Part shown: positions 1-10,307 of the stretch, piece by piece
How positions within the stretch are numbered: the first letter of the stretch is position 1
Layout of the letters: the number at the start of each line of letters is the position of its first letter
Source: an uncultured Sphingomonadales bacterium
GTDB taxonomy: Bacteria; Pseudomonadota; Alphaproteobacteria; Sphingomonadales; Sphingomonadaceae
Length of the DNA stretch: 64,000 bases
Assembly: GCA_903923465.1 (NCBI GenBank)
Contig: CAIXXP010000004.1
Location: 140-64,139 of the forward strand
Reading direction: 5' to 3'
The notes under the pieces: generated by a model
The model's database searches: none
What the model was told of the DNA's origin: nothing
The model's input: the letters and a program-made list of their open reading frames with translations, nothing else
Program-made: the position numbers and the translations under genes

Positions 1-863
1 TTGGCATCATCACGGCGCTGACGCAGCCGAGCCCCGCGGCGCTGCGCGAGGAGATCGAGCGGTGCCGGGCGATGACGTCCAGGCCCTTCGGGGTGAACAT
101 GACCATCTTCCCCTCGATCAATTCGCCCGACTACAAGGCCTATGCCCAGGCGATCATCGACAGCGGGGTGAAGGTGCTGGAGACCGCCGGCACCCCGGCC
201 GTGCGCGAGATCTGGGAGATGGTGAAGCCGCACGGCGTCACCATCATCCACAAGTGCACCGCCGTACGCCACGCGGTCTCGGCCGAGAAGGCGGGCTGCG
301 ACATCATCAGCATCGACGGTTTCGAATGCGCGGGCCACCCGGGCGAGGATGACGTGCCCGGCCTGATCCTGATTCCCACAGCGGCCGACAAGGTGAAGAT
401 CCCGATGCTGGCCAGCGGCGGCATTGGCGACGCGCGCGGCCTGGTGGCGGCGCTGTCGCTGGGGGCGGAGGGCATCAACATGGGCACCCGCTTTTGCGCG
501 ACACAGGAGGCGCCGATCCACCCGAACGTCAAGCAGGCCTATGTCGATAACGACGAGCGCGGCAGCTATCTGATCTTCCGCAGCCTGAAGAACACCGCGC
601 GGGTGGGCAAGAATGCCGTGTCGGAAGAGGTGGTGCGCCGCCTGTCCGTGCCCGGCGCCACCTTCGAGGACGTGAAGGAACTGGTGGCCGGGGTGAAGGG
701 CAAGGAACTGCTGAAGACCGGCGACCTGTCGGCCGGCATCTTCTGGGCCGGCATGGTGCAGGGGCTGATCCACGACATCCCCACCTGCCAGGAACTGATC
801 ACCCGCATGGTCACCGAGGCCGAGGCCATCATCAAAGGCCGCCTCAACTCCATGATCGCCTGA
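1..863 (+). CDS. Nitronate monooxygenase / FabK-like flavin oxidoreductase (5' end outside window)
   Basis: Frame open from nt 3 (GIITALTQPSP...); motifs PFGVN, DGFECAGHPGE, ASGGIGD, GINMGTRF. Confidence 0.85.
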   Translation, partial: GIITALTQPSPAALREEIERCRAMTSRPFGVNMTIFPSINSPDYKAYAQAIIDSGVKVLETAGTPAVREIWEMVKPHGVTIIHKCTAVRHAVSAEKAGCDIISIDGFECAGHPGEDDVPGLILIPTAADKVKIPMLASGGIGDARGLVAALSLGAEGINMGTRFCATQEAPIHPNVKQAYVDNDERGSYLIFRSLKNTARVGKNAVSEEVVRRLSVPGATFEDVKELVAGVKGKELLKTGDLSAGIFWAGMVQGLIHDIPTCQELITRMVTEAEAIIKGRLNSMIA

Positions 864-878
864 GCAGGCCAACACACA

Positions 879-901
879 CCCCGGCGCAATGGGCGCCGGG
901 G
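879..901. terminator. GC hairpin between convergent genes
   Basis: CCCCGGCGC-aatgg-GCGCCGGGG; no clear U-tract. Confidence 0.4.
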
Positions 902-914
902 GGGGGGAGCCTGA

Positions 915-1763
915 TCACCGCCGCTCGAAGTTCTTCGCGCTTTCCATGATGGCAAAGCGATCAACCTCCGCGGTGGCACCCAGCAGCGAGGTGATCTGCG
1001 GATATTTCAGCGCCGTCTGCAACGCGATGGTGCGGTGCATGTCCATGGATTCCCAGATGGCGCGCACCGAACCCTGCGTCGCCTCGCTGGGCTTGCGGGC
1101 GATCTTCACCGCCAGATCGTGCGCGCGGGCCCACAGCCGGTCCAGCTCGACGATCTCGCTGACCAGCCGCATTTTCAGCGCCGTCTCGGCGGTGATCCGC
1201 TCGTCGCTGCCCAGCAGCACCATGCGCAACAGGTCGCCCAGCGGCATGCGATAGCGCAGCCCGGTGGGCTCCACCGCGCAGGTCTGGCCATAGGTGGTGT
1301 GCGGGTCGAAGAATTCGGCCTCGGGCGAGCAGATGATGATGTCACCCTCGTTCACCCAGTAAAACGCGCCGCCACCGCACAGGCCGTGAATGGCGATGAC
1401 CACCGGTTTCCAGCAATGGTTGGCCTTGGGCCCCAGCATCGCGCCGGGATCGACCGCGGCGATGCGCGGGGTCAAGTGGCTCTTGTTGGTCGTCTCGGTA
1501 TCCTCGCGCACATCGGCGCCCGAGGAAAAGGCCCGGCCCTCCGCGGCGCGCAGCACCACGGCATGGATGGAATCATCCTGCTGGATGCGGTGCCACACAT
1601 GCTCGAACTCCTCACACATGCGCACGTTGAAGCTGTTGAAAGCCTTCGGGCGGTTGATGGTGATGGTCGCCACATGCTCGTCGTCGGTTTCGAACAGGAT
1701 GGTTTCATAGACCGGGTTTTCGGCCAGAATGCGGTCGTATTGGCGGATGGGGGGTCTGGTCAT
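915..1763 (-). CDS. Enoyl-CoA hydratase/isomerase (crotonase) family
   Basis: ITINRPKAFN, AFSSGAD, KPVVIAIHGLCGGG; RBS GAGAGG. Confidence 0.85.
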   Translation of the reverse strand: MTRPPIRQYDRILAENPVYETILFETDDEHVATITINRPKAFNSFNVRMCEEFEHVWHRIQQDDSIHAVVLRAAEGRAFSSGADVREDTETTNKSHLTPRIAAVDPGAMLGPKANHCWKPVVIAIHGLCGGGAFYWVNEGDIIICSPEAEFFDPHTTYGQTCAVEPTGLRYRMPLGDLLRMVLLGSDERITAETALKMRLVSEIVELDRLWARAHDLAVKIARKPSEATQGSVRAIWESMDMHRTIALQTALKYPQITSLLGATAEVDRFAIMESAKNFERR

Positions 1764-1778
1764 GGGGCCTCTCGCGGT

Positions 1779-3383
1779 TCAGGTCTTGGATGTCTTGTTC
1801 TGCGGCAAATCCGGGGCCGAAGCCAGCATGGCGCGCAACGGCGCCTTCAGCACCTTGCCGGCCGTGTTGCGGGGCAGTTCGTCCACCAGCCGCACAATCT
1901 CGGGCGTTTTCTGGCGCGCCACCCGGCTCGCCGCGAAATGGCTGGCGACGGCGGCAAGCGAGAGATCCGCGCCCGGCTCGGCCAGAATGAACGCCGCCAC
2001 CCGCTCGCCCAACGCGGCATCCGGCGCGCCCACCACCGCCGCCTCGCGCACGCCGGGCATGGTCGAGAGAATGTCCTCCACCTCGCGGCTGGCGATGTTC
2101 TCGCCGCCCCGGATGATGATGTCCTTCTTGCGGTCGGTGATGGCCAGAAACCCCTCCGCGTCCAGCACGCCGACATCGCCGGTGCGCAGCCAGCCATCGG
2201 CGGTGAAAGCCTCGGCGTCGCGCGAGGGGTCGTGATAGCCGATGAAGCGGTCCGGCCCGCGCGACCAGATCTCGCCCGGCTGGCCCTGTGGCACATCGCG
2301 CCCATCATCATCGACAAGGCGCACCTCCACCCCGGGGTTCAGCCGCCCATCGGTGCCCAGCCGCTTGGCCAGCGGATCGGTGGGCGAGCCACAGGAAATC
2401 GTCGGATGCTCCGACAGGCCATAGCAGCGGTAGGTCGCCAGCCCCAGCGCCTCGCAGCGATCGATCAGCGCCGGGGGAATCATGGTGGCCCCCGCCATAT
2501 AGTCGCGTAACGAAGAGATATCGCGGCCATCGGCGGCGGCATCCAGCAGGGTGGTGATGTGAAAGGGCGTGCCGGATGTGGCCTCAACGCGATATTGCTC
2601 GATCAGCCGCGCCGCCACATGGGCGTCCCACGCATCCAGATAGATGCTGGCCTGCCCCATCGCGGCAAAGCGCAGCAGGCCGAGCACCCCCGCCACATGG
2701 CCCGGCGGCCACGGCGCCAGCGTCAGCAATTGCCCCCGGGCGATAGCATCCACGGTGAGTTCGGCCAGCAGGCTGGCATGGCTGTGGCGCACGCCTTTCG
2801 GCCGCGAGGTGGTGCCGGAGGTATAGATCACCATCGCCGGATCGTCGGCGGCAACGGCGGCGGGCGCGGCATGGGGCGGCTGGGCCAGCAGACTGGCCAG
2901 CGCCACCTCGCCTTCCCCGCCCGCGCCATCGACGATGCGGATGAGCTGCGGAAAGGCCTCGGCCAGCCAGGCCCGCCTGCCGGCAAAGTCCACCGCACGC
3001 CAGCTATCCGGCGTGATGATCGCCTTTGCGCCGGATTCCCGCAGGACGAAGCCCAGTTCGGCGCCCTCGTAGATGTGGATGATGGGCAGCACGACCAGCC
3101 CGGCCCAGGCCAGTGCCGCGTGAATCACCATGGTCGCCGGCCGGGTCGGCATCTGCACCGCGACAATGTCGCCCGCCACCAGACCGAGTGCAGCCAACCC
3201 GCTGGCCAGCCGCCGCGCCTGCTCCACCATGTCGGCATGGGTAAGGGGCGTGTCGCCCCGCGCGTCGGCAAACACGGCGGTCGCCGCGCGCGCCCGCGTG
3301 GGCGCGCCCAGCATCGCGCCGGCGAGGGTCGTGGCGGATTCGCCGGCCCCGGTCACAGCGAAGGTGCCCGGCCAAGGCGGCAC
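1779..3383 (-). CDS. Acyl-CoA synthetase (AMP-binding)
   Basis: YTSGTTSRPKG, YGLSE, GWLRTGD, RKKDIIIRGGENI, LPRNTAGKVLK; start uncertain. Confidence 0.9.
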   Translation of the reverse strand: MPPWPGTFAVTGAGESATTLAGAMLGAPTRARAATAVFADARGDTPLTHADMVEQARRLASGLAALGLVAGDIVAVQMPTRPATMVIHAALAWAGLVVLPIIHIYEGAELGFVLRESGAKAIITPDSWRAVDFAGRRAWLAEAFPQLIRIVDGAGGEGEVALASLLAQPPHAAPAAVAADDPAMVIYTSGTTSRPKGVRHSHASLLAELTVDAIARGQLLTLAPWPPGHVAGVLGLLRFAAMGQASIYLDAWDAHVAARLIEQYRVEATSGTPFHITTLLDAAADGRDISSLRDYMAGATMIPPALIDRCEALGLATYRCYGLSEHPTISCGSPTDPLAKRLGTDGRLNPGVEVRLVDDDGRDVPQGQPGEIWSRGPDRFIGYHDPSRDAEAFTADGWLRTGDVGVLDAEGFLAITDRKKDIIIRGGENIASREVEDILSTMPGVREAAVVGAPDAALGERVAAFILAEPGADLSLAAVASHFAASRVARQKTPEIVRLVDELPRNTAGKVLKAPLRAMLASAPDLPQNKTSKT

Positions 3384-3454
3384 GATGGTGGCCGCTTCCC
3401 GGCGCGGTGGAATGTGCCGCAGGTCACGCTTGACTCTCCCCCACAGGCCTTATG

Positions 3455-3480
3455 ATATAAAACGTGGTTATATAACTAGG
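3455..3480. promoter_or_regulatory. Putative operator (copy 1 of RGTTRTAWAACY motif)
   Basis: AT-rich atataaaacgtggttatataactagg containing palindrome GTTATATAAC; near-copies at 6884-6898 and 13895-13917. Confidence 0.6.
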
Positions 3481-3678
3481 GCGCATGATGGCAAGGTCAA
3501 TTGCAGCAGCCCTCGCCGGGGAAAGCCAAAACCGAACCGCCGGGCATATCATGGCCGCATACATGTGCATGCCGGGCCGGGCATCAGCTTTTGTGGATCG
3601 GCCGCCGCTTTATCCCTATGCTGGATGCCCTGACAGCCACACACTGGAACGCTTGCCACGCGGCATGGGGAGAATTGC

Positions 3679-4644
3679 ATGAAATATCGTCGCCTCGGAA
3701 AAACCGGCCTCAAGGTCTCGCCCCTGTGCCTGGGCTGCATGAGCTTTGGCGCGCCCGGCACGGGCATGCTCGGCTGGTCGCTGAGCGAAGCTGACAGCCG
3801 CCCGATCATCCAGCGCGCCGTCGAGTCGGGGATCAATTTCTTCGACACCGCCAATATCTATTCGGCCGGCGTTTCCGAGGAAATCACTGGTCGCGCGATA
3901 AAGGATTTCGCCCGGCGCGACGAGGTGGTGCTGGCCACCAAGGCCTGGGGTCGGTGGGGCAAGGGCCCCAACCAGGGCGGCCTTGGCCGCAAGGCGCTGA
4001 TGCAGGCCATTGACGACAGCCTGACCCGGCTCGGCACCGATTATGTCGATCTCTACCAGATCCACCGCTGGGACAATGGCACCCCGATCGAGGAAACGCT
4101 GGAGGCGCTGAACGACATCGTCCGGGCCGGCAAGGCCCGCTACATCGGCGCCTCGTCGATGTATTCGTGGCAGTTCCAGAAGGCACTGATGATCTCGCGC
4201 CAGAACGGCTGGGCGCGGTTTATCTCGATGCAGAACCACCTCAACCTGCTCTATCGCGAGGAAGAGCGCGAGATGCTGCCGCTGTGCCGCGAGGAGGGCA
4301 TCGGCCTCATCCCCTGGAGCCCGCTGGCAGGCGGGCGGCTGGCCCGTCCGCAGGGCCAAGAGACGACGCGCTCGCAATCCGACCGCTTCATCCATGCGGT
4401 CGAGGCCGACCGGGCGGTGGTTCAAGTGGTGGAGCAAATTGCCGCCGCGCGCGGGGTCCCCATGTCGCAGGTGGCGCTGGCATGGTTGCTGGCCAAGCCT
4501 GGAATGACCGCGCCCATCCTCGGCGTCACCAAGCTTGCCCAGTTCGACGAGGCGCTCGGCGCGCTGGAGCTGGCGCTTACCGATGCGGAGATCGCCGCGC
4601 TGGAGGCGCCCTATATCCCTCATGCCGTGGTGGGCCCGGTATGA
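3679..4644 (+). CDS. Aldo/keto reductase
   Basis: MKYRRLGKTGLKVSPLCLG, FFDTANIY, DYVDLYQIH, PWSPLAGG. Confidence 0.92.
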   Translation: MKYRRLGKTGLKVSPLCLGCMSFGAPGTGMLGWSLSEADSRPIIQRAVESGINFFDTANIYSAGVSEEITGRAIKDFARRDEVVLATKAWGRWGKGPNQGGLGRKALMQAIDDSLTRLGTDYVDLYQIHRWDNGTPIEETLEALNDIVRAGKARYIGASSMYSWQFQKALMISRQNGWARFISMQNHLNLLYREEEREMLPLCREEGIGLIPWSPLAGGRLARPQGQETTRSQSDRFIHAVEADRAVVQVVEQIAAARGVPMSQVALAWLLAKPGMTAPILGVTKLAQFDEALGALELALTDAEIAALEAPYIPHAVVGPV

Positions 4645-5087
4645 TCTGGTGGGGCGGCCAACTGCCTGACCTGGCAGCCGTTCAGGCACAGGCAACCGGC
4701 ATGCCGCAGCATATCGGCATCGAACTGCTGGATGCCGGACCAGACTGGCTGCGCGCCCGCATGCCGGTGGACCATCGCACCCACCAGCCCGCCGGGCGCC
4801 TGCACGGCGGCGCCTCGGTGGCGCTGGCGGAAACGGTGGCTTCGGTGGCCGGCGGCCTGGTGGTGGATCGCGCGAAGTTCACCGTGGTCGGCATGGAAAT
4901 CAACGCCAACCACATCCGCCCGGCGTTCGCCGGCTACGTCTATGCCACGGCCAGGGCCGAATCGCTGGGCCGCACCACCCAGATCTGGACCATCCGCATC
5001 GAGGATGAGGCCGGCAAGCTGGTCTGCCTGTCGCGCTTCACCATCGCCGTCATTTCCAACGAACGCCGGCTGCCGTTGAATGGGTAG
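4641..5087 (+). CDS. PaaI/MenI-like hotdog thioesterase
   Basis: HQPAGRLHGGASVALAET, GMEINANH; ATGA overlap with upstream gene. Confidence 0.88.
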   Translation: MIWWGGQLPDLAAVQAQATGMPQHIGIELLDAGPDWLRARMPVDHRTHQPAGRLHGGASVALAETVASVAGGLVVDRAKFTVVGMEINANHIRPAFAGYVYATARAESLGRTTQIWTIRIEDEAGKLVCLSRFTIAVISNERRLPLNG

Positions 5088-5115
5088 AGGGTAGAGGGTA
5101 GAGGGTAGAGGGTAG
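5082..5115 (+). repeat. Tandem 7-mer (GGGTAGA) x~5
   Basis: gggtaga x4 + gggtag; the first unit contains the thioesterase stop codon. Confidence 0.9.
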
Positions 5116-5325
5116 TCTCGGGGGTGTTACACCCCCAAACCCCCATTACTGTGGTGGTCAGCGCCTCACTTGCGGCGTGGCGCCTTGCCGCGAAGCGGCG
5201 ATAATAGCCTGCGGCGCGGGGGGTTATGCGCAACGCTGCCCCCAGCACCACCTGGCGCCGGAAGACGTTAAGGCCGGAAGACGTTAAGGCCGGAAGACGT
5301 AAGGGGTGCAGGGGTTAGCCCCTGC
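5113..5325 (+). repeat. Dual-hairpin ~180-bp element, copy 1 (ends A...B), with internal 16-bp triplication
   Basis: GGGGG-tgttaca-CCCCC aaacccccattactg ... gccgcgaagcggc ... ggggtGCAGGGG-ttag-CCCCTGC. Confidence 0.92.
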
Positions 5326-5356
5326 CAGACCTCCCCCTCAGCCTACCTTCCCGCCA

Positions 5357-6847
5357 TCACGCCAGCTTGCGCCGGGCCTCCGCCGCGGCGCTCAGCGGCG
5401 CCACCAGATCCTTCTTCACGATCTTGCCGTTGGGGTTCAACGGCAGCTCGTCCAGAATCAGCAGCGTTCGCGGCACCTTGTTATCAGCCAGTTCGGCACG
5501 GCAATAGGCGAGGATCTCGTCGGGCGTGGCGCTCATGCCCTGGCGCAGCGAGACGGCGGCGGCAATATCCTCGCCCAGCACCTCATGCGGCACGCCCACC
5601 ACCGCGGCCAGTTGCACCGCCGGATGCAGATGCAGCGCGGTCTCGATTTCCAGCGGCGTGATGTTGTAGCCGCCGCGAATGATCAACTCTTTCGAGCGGC
5701 CCGCCATGATCAGATCGCCATCCTCGTCGACATAGCCGAGGTCGCCGGTGCGGGTCCATCCGCCCTTGAAACTGGCGGCGGTCGCCTCCGGGTCGTTCCA
5801 ATAGCGGCGCGAATGCTTTTGATAGCCATAGATCTCGCCCACCACGCCGGGGGTGGTGATAATGGCGCCATCCTCGTCGCGCAGCTGCATATGCGGCGGC
5901 AGCCTGCCCACGCAGCCCGGCTTCAGCACCTGTTCCTGGCTGGTGGTGCCTATGCCGATGCCGCCTTCGGACATGCCATAGGAATTGCGCATCCGCACAT
6001 GCGGCCACAGCGCCAGTGCCCGCTTCACCGAATCGTGGGGGAGCGGCGCGGTGCCGGTCATCAGATATTTCACCCCGGCAAAGTCGTAATCGGCCACATC
6101 GGGGTGGTCGAGCACCAGCCGCAGCATGGTGGGCACCAGATAAACCAGATTGGGCCGCTTTTCCTTCACCAGTTCCAGGAAGCCCTTGGGATCGAACTTG
6201 GGCTGGGTAATCGCCGTGGCGCCACCCCGCGCGGGCAGCATGACGATGCCCAGATTGCCGCCCGAACCGGTGAGCGGCAGCGCGCTGAGCGTGGAGCGCG
6301 AACGGTCCTGATTGATGCCGGTCACCCCGGTCATCAGATCGGGATGGCTGACGACGACGCCCTTGATCTTGCCGGTAGTGCCCGAGGTGCCGAGGATTTC
6401 GGCGTCGGCCAGCGGATCGAGGCTGGCCTGATCGGGCAGGGCGGCCAGATTGCGCGGCATGGCATCCACCGTCCAGCAGCCGGCGAGATTGAGCCCGGCC
6501 AGCACTTCCGGCACATCGGTGATGGCGAAACGCGGCGTGGTCAGTTCGGCGAAATCGGCGATTTCCTTGGGGGAAAGGCGGGTATTGATCGGGCAGGCAA
6601 TGCCACCGGCGCGGAACACGGCGAAAACGGCAATGGCCATTTCGTTGGAATGGGCATTGCTGATCGGCAGAAACACGCGATCTCCCGGCACCAGCCCGGC
6701 GGCGGCCAGGCCACCGCCCACCTCGTCCACCTCGGCGTCCCATTGGGCAAAGGTCAGCTGGTGGCGGGTATCGTCATGGGCGATTTCCTGCGCCTGAAGG
6801 TGTGCCCGAAGCTTGAGGGCATCACTGATCCGGCGTACTTCGACCAT
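5357..6847 (-). CDS. Acyl-CoA synthetase (AMP-binding)
   Basis: GTSGTTGKIKG, YGMSE, WTRTGD, RSKELIIRGG, LPLNPNGK; start set at MVEVRR. Confidence 0.9.
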   Translation of the reverse strand: MVEVRRISDALKLRAHLQAQEIAHDDTRHQLTFAQWDAEVDEVGGGLAAAGLVPGDRVFLPISNAHSNEMAIAVFAVFRAGGIACPINTRLSPKEIADFAELTTPRFAITDVPEVLAGLNLAGCWTVDAMPRNLAALPDQASLDPLADAEILGTSGTTGKIKGVVVSHPDLMTGVTGINQDRSRSTLSALPLTGSGGNLGIVMLPARGGATAITQPKFDPKGFLELVKEKRPNLVYLVPTMLRLVLDHPDVADYDFAGVKYLMTGTAPLPHDSVKRALALWPHVRMRNSYGMSEGGIGIGTTSQEQVLKPGCVGRLPPHMQLRDEDGAIITTPGVVGEIYGYQKHSRRYWNDPEATAASFKGGWTRTGDLGYVDEDGDLIMAGRSKELIIRGGYNITPLEIETALHLHPAVQLAAVVGVPHEVLGEDIAAAVSLRQGMSATPDEILAYCRAELADNKVPRTLLILDELPLNPNGKIVKKDLVAPLSAAAEARRKLA

Positions 6848-6883
6848 TCCAAAACCCCTTGCTTCGCGGCAACGCATCTATTA

Positions 6884-6898
6884 CCTAGTTATACAACT
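6884..6898. promoter_or_regulatory. Putative operator (copy 2) in 62-bp divergent gap
   Basis: cctagttatacaact; reverse complement agttgtataactagg matches 3466-3480 at 13/15. Confidence 0.6.
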
Positions 6899-6909
6899 GA
6901 GATCAAGGA

Positions 6910-8220
6910 GTGAATGCTGTGGCTGATGCGACCGCGGATATCAAGCAGGGTGATATCAAGCAAAGCGACGAATGGCAGAAGGCCGTCGCCTACGAGATCA
7001 CCGATCATGATATCGAGCGCCAGCGCAAGCTGCTGGGGTATGATCAGGCGGCCAAGTCCCGCGAATATATCCAGACGGCCACGCTCGACAACATCCGCAA
7101 CTTTGCCCACGGCTGCGGCGACGACAACCCACTGTATTGCGACCCCCACTATGCCAGGAAAACCCGCTGGGGCAGCGTGATCGCCCCCGGCATGATGGCC
7201 GGCATCATCAACAAACCGATGAAGGGCGACCCGGTGCCCGACGAGATCAGGGCGCTGACCAAGAGCCTGTTCAAGGGAATTCACGTCTTCGTCTCCGGCT
7301 CAACCTGGGATTTCTATCGGCCGATCTATCCCGGCGACACCATCTACAGCTTCAACGGCGAGGAAAGCTGCGAGGTCAAGCAATCCGAATTCGCCGGTCG
7401 GTCGGTGATCAATGTGCGCCGCGACGTGAAGGTGAACCAGCGCGGCGAGGTGGTCGCTGTCTACCGCATCCTGCGGGTGCTCACCGAGCGCAAGACCGCC
7501 GCCAAGAAGGGCAAATATTCCGCCATCGAGCCGGCCAGCTACACCGATGAGGAAATGCAGGCGGTCGAGGCAATCTACGCCGCCGAGCAGGTTCAGGGCG
7601 GCGCCAAGCGCTGGTTCGAGGATGTGCAGGCGGGCGACAGCCTGGGCGTGCAGGCCAAGGGCCCGCTGACGGTAACCGATGTGATCTGCTCCCATTCCGG
7701 CGGCTATGGCTTTGTGCCCTATGCCCCCACGGTCAACCGCCTGGCCCACAAGAACCGCCAGCGCATCCCGGCGTTCTATGTCAAGAACGAGCACGGCATT
7801 CCCGATGTCGCCCAGCGGTTGCACTGGGATCCGAAATGGGCCCAGGCCATCGGCAACCCCATGGCCTATGACTATGGGGTGATGCGCGAGTGCTATCTCT
7901 ATCAGTACCTGTCCGACTGGTGCGGCGATGACGCCATCATCACCCATGTCCACGACGAGATCCGCAAGTTCAACTACATGGGCGACGTCCAGACGGTGAC
8001 CGGCGAAGTGGTGGGCAAGCGCCAGGAAAATGGCCAGAACCTCGTCGACGTGCAGGTCTCCTTCACCAACCAGCGCGGCGAGGAGTCGGTGCGCGCCACC
8101 GCCACCATCGCCCTGCCGGGTAAGGACTCCGCCCTGCCGATGTACCCGCCCGTGCCGGAAGAACTGGCCCAAAAGGCCGCGCGGATGATGGCCCGCCACT
8201 GGGAACTCGGTGGCGATTGA
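6910..8220 (+). CDS. Tandem MaoC/FAS1-like hotdog dehydratase (two fused units)
   Basis: IRNFAHGCGDDNPLYCD...IAPGM in N-half; LHWD...YDYG and FNYMGD in C-half; RBS AAGGAG. Confidence 0.75.
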   Translation: MNAVADATADIKQGDIKQSDEWQKAVAYEITDHDIERQRKLLGYDQAAKSREYIQTATLDNIRNFAHGCGDDNPLYCDPHYARKTRWGSVIAPGMMAGIINKPMKGDPVPDEIRALTKSLFKGIHVFVSGSTWDFYRPIYPGDTIYSFNGEESCEVKQSEFAGRSVINVRRDVKVNQRGEVVAVYRILRVLTERKTAAKKGKYSAIEPASYTDEEMQAVEAIYAAEQVQGGAKRWFEDVQAGDSLGVQAKGPLTVTDVICSHSGGYGFVPYAPTVNRLAHKNRQRIPAFYVKNEHGIPDVAQRLHWDPKWAQAIGNPMAYDYGVMRECYLYQYLSDWCGDDAIITHVHDEIRKFNYMGDVQTVTGEVVGKRQENGQNLVDVQVSFTNQRGEESVRATATIALPGKDSALPMYPPVPEELAQKAARMMARHWELGGD

Positions 8221-8267
8221 TCCCGCAAGGGATCATCGTTTCCCGCCCGGGTAGAGTAGGACCAGAC

Positions 8268-9068
8268 ATGTCGGACACAGTGCTCATCGAAAATCAGGAC
8301 GGCGTGCGCATCATCACGCTCAACCGGCCAGACCGGTTGAACGCGCTGAACGTCGAGATCATGGGCGCGCTGGCGGATGCCTGCGCCGATGCCGCGCGTG
8401 ACGCTTCCGTGGGCTGCGTGGTGGTCACCGGCGCCGGGCGGGGTTTCTGCACCGGGGGCGACATCAAGGATGGCGCCGCCGAGCGCGTCAATGCCCCCGC
8501 CAGTCAGGAGCATGGCAGCCGCACCGAACAGGCCGTGACGCGGCTGCTCGGCTTCATGGAGGGCCCACGCTTGCTGCACGAGATGCCCAAGCCCACCATC
8601 GCCATGGTCAATGGCCCCGTGGCGGGCGCGGGCATCGGCATCGCCGGCGCCTGCGACCTGCGCTTTGCCGCGCGCTCGGCCAGTTTCCTCACCGCTTTCG
8701 ACCGCATCGGCGCCGGCGGCGATTACGGCTCGAGCTGGTTCTGGAGCAAGATCCTGGGCACCGGCGTCGCGCGCGAACTGTTCTTTCTGGGCGAAAAGCT
8801 CTCGGCCGAGGAGGCCTTCGCCAAGGGCGTCTACACCCGCCTGTTCGACGACGACGCGCTCGCCGAGGCGACGCTGAAAGCCGCCCACCGCCTCGCGGAC
8901 GGCCCGCGCATGGGCTATCGCTACATGAAGAAAAACCTCAACAACGCCGAAGACTTCGCCTTCGAGGCCGCATTCGAGGCCGAGGCGCTGCACATGAGCC
9001 TGTCGACCGCCGCCACCGCGCAGATCTGGAAGGAAGCGCGCAAGGCAAAGGACGGCAACGACGCCTGA
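8268..9068 (+). CDS. Enoyl-CoA hydratase/isomerase (PaaG-like)
   Basis: ITLNRPDRLNAL, FCTGGD, KPTIAMVNGPVAGAG. Confidence 0.9.
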   Translation: MSDTVLIENQDGVRIITLNRPDRLNALNVEIMGALADACADAARDASVGCVVVTGAGRGFCTGGDIKDGAAERVNAPASQEHGSRTEQAVTRLLGFMEGPRLLHEMPKPTIAMVNGPVAGAGIGIAGACDLRFAARSASFLTAFDRIGAGGDYGSSWFWSKILGTGVARELFFLGEKLSAEEAFAKGVYTRLFDDDALAEATLKAAHRLADGPRMGYRYMKKNLNNAEDFAFEAAFEAEALHMSLSTAATAQIWKEARKAKDGNDA

Positions 9069-9095
9069 CCGGCGCCCGCAACAAAAGGTGAGACG

Positions 9096-10307
9096 ATGGA
9101 TCTGAGCTATGGCGCCGAGGCGGAAGTCTTCCGCAAACAGGTGCGCGCCTTTCTGGCCGAAACCTGGCAGCCCGGCGAGCGCCGCAAGGCCGAACTGAAG
9201 GAATTCATCCGCGCGTTTCGGGCAAAGGCGGTCGAGCGGGGCTATCTCTATCGCTCCGTGCCGAAGCGCTATGGCGGCTCGGAACAGCCGGTGGACGTCA
9301 TCAAGGCGCAGGTCATCCGCGAGGAATTCGCCCGCGCCCGCGCGCCGATGGAAATGGGCGGCAACGGCATCAACATGGCCGTACCCACCCTGGTGGAAGT
9401 CGGCACCGACGAGCAGCGCGAGTTGTTCATCCGCAAGACGCTGGAGGGCGATTACATCTGGGGTCAGGGCTATTCGGAGCCCGGCTCGGGATCGGATCTT
9501 GCCAGCGTGCGCACGAAGGCGGAACTGTCGCCCGACGGCACGAAGTGGGTCATCAACGGCCAGAAGATCTGGACCAGCCAGGGGGGCGCCGCCACCCACA
9601 TGTTCATGCTGGTGCGCACCGAGCCCGACGCGCCCAAGCACGACGGCATCACCTATCTGCTGCTCGACCTGAACCAGCCCGGCGTCACCCGCCGCCCGAT
9701 CCGCCAGATGACCGGCATGGAGGGCGACGACACCTTCTATGAATTCTTCTTCGACAATGCCGAAACCCCGGTCAGCTGGCAGGTGGGCGAGCGCGGCAAG
9801 GGCTGGTATGTCAGCCGCACCACGCTGAAGCACGAACGCGCCAGCATCGGCAGCGCCGATGGCCTGGGGCGCCAGTTTTCCAAGCTGGTCGATCTCGCCA
9901 AGGAAATGGGCCGCATCGGCGACCCGCTGGTGCGCGAGCGGCTGACCCAGATCGAGGGCTTCGTCCTGTCGCACCGCTATACCAGCTTCCGCCTGTTCTC
10001 GTGTCAGGCCGCAGGTGAGGATGCCGGCCCGGTGCAGCTGATGATGAAACTGCTGCTCACCGAAATCGGCCACCAGATTGCCTTGCTGGCGCAAGAGCTG
10101 ATCGGCGATGAAGGCCTGATCGAGCCGGCGCAGGCCGGTGCGCGCGGGCTCATCACCCAGCAGCGCGGCCCCAACAAGTGGCTCGACCAGATCATGGGCA
10201 GCCTCGGCAATTCCATCGCCGGCGGCGCCTCGAACATCCAGCGCAACATCATCGGGGAGCGGGGCCTCGGCCTGCCGCGCGACCTCGCGATGGGAGGGGA
10301 AAAGTAA
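9096..10307 (+). CDS. Acyl-CoA dehydrogenase (larger subunit of a paired ACAD)
   Basis: WGQGYSEPGSGSDLA, NGQKIWTS, IAGGASNIQRNIIGERGLGLPR. Confidence 0.92.
   Translation: MDLSYGAEAEVFRKQVRAFLAETWQPGERRKAELKEFIRAFRAKAVERGYLYRSVPKRYGGSEQPVDVIKAQVIREEFARARAPMEMGGNGINMAVPTLVEVGTDEQRELFIRKTLEGDYIWGQGYSEPGSGSDLASVRTKAELSPDGTKWVINGQKIWTSQGGAATHMFMLVRTEPDAPKHDGITYLLLDLNQPGVTRRPIRQMTGMEGDDTFYEFFFDNAETPVSWQVGERGKGWYVSRTTLKHERASIGSADGLGRQFSKLVDLAKEMGRIGDPLVRERLTQIEGFVLSHRYTSFRLFSCQAAGEDAGPVQLMMKLLLTEIGHQIALLAQELIGDEGLIEPAQAGARGLITQQRGPNKWLDQIMGSLGNSIAGGASNIQRNIIGERGLGLPRDLAMGGEK

Noticed and set aside
5082-5115. GTAG-type REP
   Set aside because: GTAG arises from the 7-mer tandem around a stop codon and is not a consistent tag at other element ends.
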